A stretch of DNA of 51,228 bases from an uncultured Clostridia bacterium (GTDB taxonomy: Bacteria > Aerophobota > Aerophobia > Aerophobales > B3-G15), in the NCBI GenBank assembly GCA_964482715.1, contig CAYZYX010000008.1, forward strand, positions 1-51,228, read 5' to 3'. The translations under genes were made by a program, and so were the position numbers. The notes beneath the pieces are model-generated. The model was not told the DNA's origin, made no database searches, and was given only the letters and a program-made list of their open reading frames with translations. Of this stretch, positions 47,600 through 51,228 are shown in pieces. Within the stretch, counting starts at the first letter, position 1. Each line of letters begins with the position of its first letter.

Positions 47600-48604
47600 A
47601 TGGAAGGTGAGTATTTTGAGGATTTTCAGCAAATGAAGGAAGGTGTGGAGAAATTAAAGCAAGCCATAAACAGATTTATGGACGGTACGCTGACACCTGT
47701 CTTCAACGACATAAAGGATTTTCCCGCCGATATAGAACTCGAACTTCATTCCCTTGTTCAGAAAAGCACGAACCTTGCCACTTCCTTTGCACCTCTGGAG
47801 GAGAAAATAACCGATATAACCTCTGCTGGAGTTAATTTCTACTCAGTGGTTGGATTTGCTAACAGACTGGAACAGGCTGTAACAGAATGGCAATCACAAT
47901 TTATGGGACTCAAAGACACCTGGGGTTCAATTGCTGCTGTTTTAAATGAGTCGATCTCCTACCATGAACCGGTAACTGACTCCGGAGATGTATTAAAATC
48001 AATAATTGAAGAGTGTAACAAAATACAACAGTCTCTTCAGGAGGTTCACCTCAAGCTCTTTATTTATAGGAAACTTTCCCCTGTTATTAGAAATGTTTCT
48101 GATCAGGTAAGCGAGCTGAAAGGTAAACTCAAGGATCTTATGAATGGATGGTTACCTCAAAAAGATGGAATTCAAAAATTGATAGAACCAGTTTTAGAGC
48201 AGGCCACACATCTTAGCCAGAGTGAAATTAATGATGAAGCTGAGGAAAAATTTTCCAGTCTCCTGGAGAGGCAAAAGAACCTTTATGAAATTTTTGCCCG
48301 ATGGCAACTTTTCAAAAAAATTGAACCCTCGCTTCAGGCATCTTTATCACAGCTTGAGAACCTGGAACGTTCTTTTGAAGAGGCCATAAACGAATGGCGT
48401 CCGGAGAACGAAGAGGTTAAAAATCTTTATCAGTCAATGCTCACAAAATACAAAAGACTGGGAATGACAGAAGAAGAAAGACCACCGATCAGTGAAAAGT
48501 ATGAAAGCTTAAAATCGGGTTTTGATCAATTTGAAGCGGAATGGAATTCCAGTATAAAGGAGATTACCAAGATTTTAGACAAGTGGGTCAACAGAAGATA
48601 TTAA
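47600..48604 (+). CDS. hypothetical all-helical protein with internal ~82-aa repeats
   Basis: AGGAGGAG RBS; heptad-rich, E/K/L/Q-rich sequence. Confidence 0.8.
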   Translation: MEGEYFEDFQQMKEGVEKLKQAINRFMDGTLTPVFNDIKDFPADIELELHSLVQKSTNLATSFAPLEEKITDITSAGVNFYSVVGFANRLEQAVTEWQSQFMGLKDTWGSIAAVLNESISYHEPVTDSGDVLKSIIEECNKIQQSLQEVHLKLFIYRKLSPVIRNVSDQVSELKGKLKDLMNGWLPQKDGIQKLIEPVLEQATHLSQSEINDEAEEKFSSLLERQKNLYEIFARWQLFKKIEPSLQASLSQLENLERSFEEAINEWRPENEEVKNLYQSMLTKYKRLGMTEEERPPISEKYESLKSGFDQFEAEWNSSIKEITKILDKWVNRRY

Positions 48605-48832
48605 ATAGAGAAGACACTGAATAACTGGTAAAGAAAGGTGGTACTCTCCAGGTGTCTGTTGGTGGATGACCATCCAAATTGATCGTGTTCCGTCCATTGA
48701 AAAGAAAAGAGAAAAAGCGTATCCCCGAGTACTTTAATTTTTGTTATAATCTATAAGGAGGAAGCAATCTCAGGGGGATAGAAAAATAGAGGTTAGATGA
48801 GTATTTTTTAGTCTGAAATAAAGTAGCAAGAG

Positions 48833-49582
48833 ATGTCCGGCAGAAAAAACGAGATAGCTGCAAAATGTGCAAAAATAATTGAAGGTTCAAATTTTACAAT
48901 TGCTCTTACCGGAGCGGGAATTTCTACGAATGCTGGAATCCCTGATTTCAGAGGACCTTCTGGAATATACACCACTCAAAAATATGGTTCCGAGTTTGTA
49001 TTTCATATAGATTACTTTGTAAAAGATCCAAAGCCTTTTTACAAATTTGCCAGAGATTTCTTTAAGATAATAGAGGAGGCAAAGCCAACTTTCACACACT
49101 TTTTTCTGGCAAACCTTGAAAAAAATAGCCGACTAAAAGGAGTAATCACTCAAAATATTGATTTTCTTCATCAAAAGGCAGGTTCAAAAAAGGTTGTTGA
49201 GCTTCACGGAAATTTCTTAAAAAGTTTTTGTCTTGAGTGTGGGAAGGAGTTTTCTCTTGAAATTATGAGAAAGAAAATATTTGAGGAAGAAATTCCAAAA
49301 TGCAGGTGTGGAGGACTCATAAAGCCTGATATTGTATTTTTCGGGGAACAGGTGAAGCATCTCGAAGAGGCAGAAAAGCTTACAGCTTCCTCTGATCTTC
49401 TTGTTGTAATAGGTTCATCACTTACTATTTATCCTGCTGCAGGCATCCCTGATGTTGCAAAAGGCAGGATAATTGTTGTGAACAGAGAAAATGTGGTCGC
49501 TTCTCTGTCTGAGAGAGCAATATTTTGCAAAGAGGATGCCGATATTTTCTTTAAAAAAGTGGCAAATTATCTTTCTCTTTAA
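48833..49582 (+). CDS. cobB: NAD-dependent protein deacylase (sirtuin, CobB/NpdA type)
   Basis: TGAGISTNAGIPDFRG, ITQNID, ELHG, CLEC..CRCGG zinc site, KPDIVFFGE, GSSLTIYPAA. Confidence 0.9.
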   Translation: MSGRKNEIAAKCAKIIEGSNFTIALTGAGISTNAGIPDFRGPSGIYTTQKYGSEFVFHIDYFVKDPKPFYKFARDFFKIIEEAKPTFTHFFLANLEKNSRLKGVITQNIDFLHQKAGSKKVVELHGNFLKSFCLECGKEFSLEIMRKKIFEEEIPKCRCGGLIKPDIVFFGEQVKHLEEAEKLTASSDLLVVIGSSLTIYPAAGIPDVAKGRIIVVNRENVVASLSERAIFCKEDADIFFKKVANYLSL

Positions 49583-49719
49583 AACACAGAGGGGAAGGAT
49601 ATTTAATTTACCTTACGGGAGAAAATATCTATTCTGTGCTTACCCATGGCAGGATTGACTTTAACAGGAAGGGACTTGGGGCTATAAAAAGAAAAGACAT
49701 AAAAAATCAAAGAAAGAGT

Positions 49720-50496
49720 ATGAGGATAACGGTCACCTTCCAGAATATAAAGTCTGATCGTTTAGTGAAGCTTCCTCTTCATTATAATTATGCTCTCCAG
49801 GGATTTATTTACCGTCACATCTCCGCTTACCTTGCCAGCTTTCTTCACAACAAGGGATACAGGTATCAGAAAAGGGTTTTCCGCCTATTTACCTTTTCCC
49901 GCATTGTGGGCAGATACCGCATAGAAGGTGATAAGGAAATTATCTGTTTTACAGGTCCTATCAGTTTGCATATAGCCTCACCTCTTGATGATTTTCTCCA
50001 GGAATTTGCAGAGACACTGGCGAGAGCTCCTGAGGTGAATATTGAAAACAATCCACTTGTTGTAAGTTCTATAGAAGTCCATTTTTCTCCTGCCATTGGC
50101 TATTCTGCTGTTATAAGGATGCTCTCACCATTAACCGTTTACTCCACTCTTGTCTCTGCTGAGGGAAAAAAGAAGACATACTATTTCTCACCTTTTGAAA
50201 AGGAGTTTTCTGAACTTACCCGTAAAAACATTGTAAAGAAATATATTTCCTTTTACAAAAGAAAACCTGTATCTAAGGATTTAAAAATAACCCCCCTTAA
50301 AGTGGACAAAAAATCAGAGAAAATAATAAAATACAGTCCAGACAAAGGTGCCTATACTCTCATAAAAGGATGGATGGGAATATATAGGCTTGAAGGGAAT
50401 CCTGAACTCATCAGGTTTTCTTACGATACCGGTCTTGGAGCCAAAAATTCTCAAGGTTTTGGGATGTATGAGGTAATTGATTCTCCCGGTAAATAG
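49720..50496 (+). CDS. cas6: CRISPR-associated endoribonuclease Cas6
   Basis: LPLHYNYALQGFIY, FLHNKGY, LFTFS, LSPLTVYST, terminal GLGAKNSQGFG. Likely start at 49720. Confidence 0.95.
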   Translation: MRITVTFQNIKSDRLVKLPLHYNYALQGFIYRHISAYLASFLHNKGYRYQKRVFRLFTFSRIVGRYRIEGDKEIICFTGPISLHIASPLDDFLQEFAETLARAPEVNIENNPLVVSSIEVHFSPAIGYSAVIRMLSPLTVYSTLVSAEGKKKTYYFSPFEKEFSELTRKNIVKKYISFYKRKPVSKDLKITPLKVDKKSEKIIKYSPDKGAYTLIKGWMGIYRLEGNPELIRFSYDTGLGAKNSQGFGMYEVIDSPGK

Positions 50497-50619
50497 CTGC
50501 ATATGAGAGTTGTTCTGGAAATTGCTTTGATATTACAAGAATAGAGGAAGGAAAAGAATAAAAGAAACAGGTTCAAAAAGTGAAAGACATAAAAATGGGG
50601 TTACCGAATCGGGACAGAG

Positions 50620-50735
50620 AATGTAATAGACAGATTTGCGTTTGCTCAGAAGGATTTGAGAACGGCAGAACTTGTTTTGAGGGAAGAAATTTACGACCAG
50701 ACGTATCCTCATTCCCGAGAGCGGAGCAAAGTTTT
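50620..50735 (+). pseudogene. degenerate N-terminal fragment of a HEPN-domain protein
   Basis: NVIDRFAFAQKDLRTAELVLREEIYDQTYPHSRERSK resembles the HEPN N-terminus (A.EDL..AE.L....Y...CFH.QQ..EK); no in-frame start. Confidence 0.55.
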
Positions 50736-50767
50736 TTATCTTAAAAAAATAAAAAAAGAGGTCAGAT

Positions 50768-50887
50768 ATGAGGGAAATTAAATTTGTCTGTAAGGTAATT
50801 ACCCCTATGTTTATGACAGGGGCAGATGGCAGGACTCCAGAATTAAGACCTTCTGAATTTAAAGGAATGATGTATTTTGGGAGATAG
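50768..50887 (+). pseudogene. cmr1: truncated cmr1 (RAMP) N-terminus
   Basis: GAGGT RBS; MREIKFVCKVITPMFMTGADGRTPELRPSEFKGMMYFGR* is the Cmr1 N-terminal motif, broken where RFWWRA is expected. Confidence 0.8.
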
Positions 50888-50915
50888 GCCAGAATGAGAA
50901 AATTGGAGGGAGAAA

Positions 50916-51228
50916 ATGGATTGGAAAATTAAATTAAAAGCAATTTTACATGATTCACCACATAAACAATGGATTATGTTTTCAGAGGAAGGGAAAAAGA
51001 TAAAAATAGATGAAGCTATCCATCAAGACCATCAATGGCATGAAAAAGTAGCCGAACATTTATTAAATTATTTTATTTACGGGGAATGCATAAAAGAATG
51101 GAAGATAGAGGATGCTGATAAAATAGCATCAGCTTTAAGTAGAATAATAGTTACACCAAATATCCAGGGTGAAATAAAGGAAGAATACAAAAAAGCTTCA
51201 TCTGTTGGATGGAATGAAATAAAATTTA
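50916..51228 (+). CDS. cas10: Cas10/Cmr2 N-terminal HD region (partial, runs off window)
   Basis: GGAGG RBS; MDWKIKLKAILHDSPHK..HEKVAEHLL..ADKIASALSR matches the Cmr2-type K.A.LHDPP.K..HE..AD.IAS..R pattern; follows cas6/cmr1. Confidence 0.8.
   Translation, partial: MDWKIKLKAILHDSPHKQWIMFSEEGKKIKIDEAIHQDHQWHEKVAEHLLNYFIYGECIKEWKIEDADKIASALSRIIVTPNIQGEIKEEYKKASSVGWNEIKF

Noticed and set aside
48833-49582. Sirtuin as an anti-phage NADase effector of the CRISPR locus
   Set aside because: It is a compact canonical deacylase with zinc site and catalytic His, has no sensor fusion, and has its own extended -10 (TGTTATAAT 48742-48750). Adjacency to cas6 alone is insufficient.
344-50502. Numerous short antisense/overlapping ORFs in the track (e.g. 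344-541, 3533-3886, 10465-10899, 29346-29762, 36803-37144)
   Set aside because: They are shadows of well-supported genes or of the riboswitch, with no RBS or motif support.
49693-50595. 13-bp direct repeat AAAGACATAAAAA flanking cas6
   Set aside because: Low-complexity A-rich match, plausible by chance; only two copies, so not a CRISPR array.

Overview
This is an AT-rich chromosomal segment from an anaerobic bacterium, probably diderm because it encodes a TonB-dependent receptor with ExbBD-TonB. In order, it contains: (1) the 3' end of an MBX/complex-I-like membrane oxidoreductase operon (nuoH-B-C-D-like, then a NuoI/GltD fusion); (2) a minus-strand redox/Fe-S block (trxA, methyltransferase, DUF1638, CsoR/CstR-family repressor, MetV-like, def); (3) an 'orange protein' (ORP)-type cluster with two NifX-like proteins, an Mrp ATPase, two 4Fe-4S MinD-like ATPases, an array of small G/Y/W/P-rich proteins and a Cys-rich MerR/HspR regulator; (4) a decaying carbohydrate locus (GH130 deletion pseudogene, glycosyltransferase remnant, frameshifted sugar ABC transporter), then comEC and gldA; (5) a cobalamin-riboswitch operon (btuF-cobT-pduX-AsnB-like-btuCD-btuB-exbBD-tonB-TPR); (6) a frameshifted glycosyltransferase, a liv-type ABC transporter with a degenerate PaaK, and a GEMM-like RNA ahead of a helical-repeat protein; (7) a sirtuin and the start of a type III CRISPR-Cas locus (cas6, HEPN and cmr1 remnants, partial cas10). 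No rRNA, tRNA, transposase or CRISPR array was seen. The best leads are the glutaminase-less AsnB-like ligase in the B12 operon, the low-complexity small-protein array in the ORP cluster, near-uniform 16-bp promoter spacers, the Cys-less MBX catalytic subunit, and the A20-type GEMM variant. All calls come from reading motifs by eye; no searches were run.
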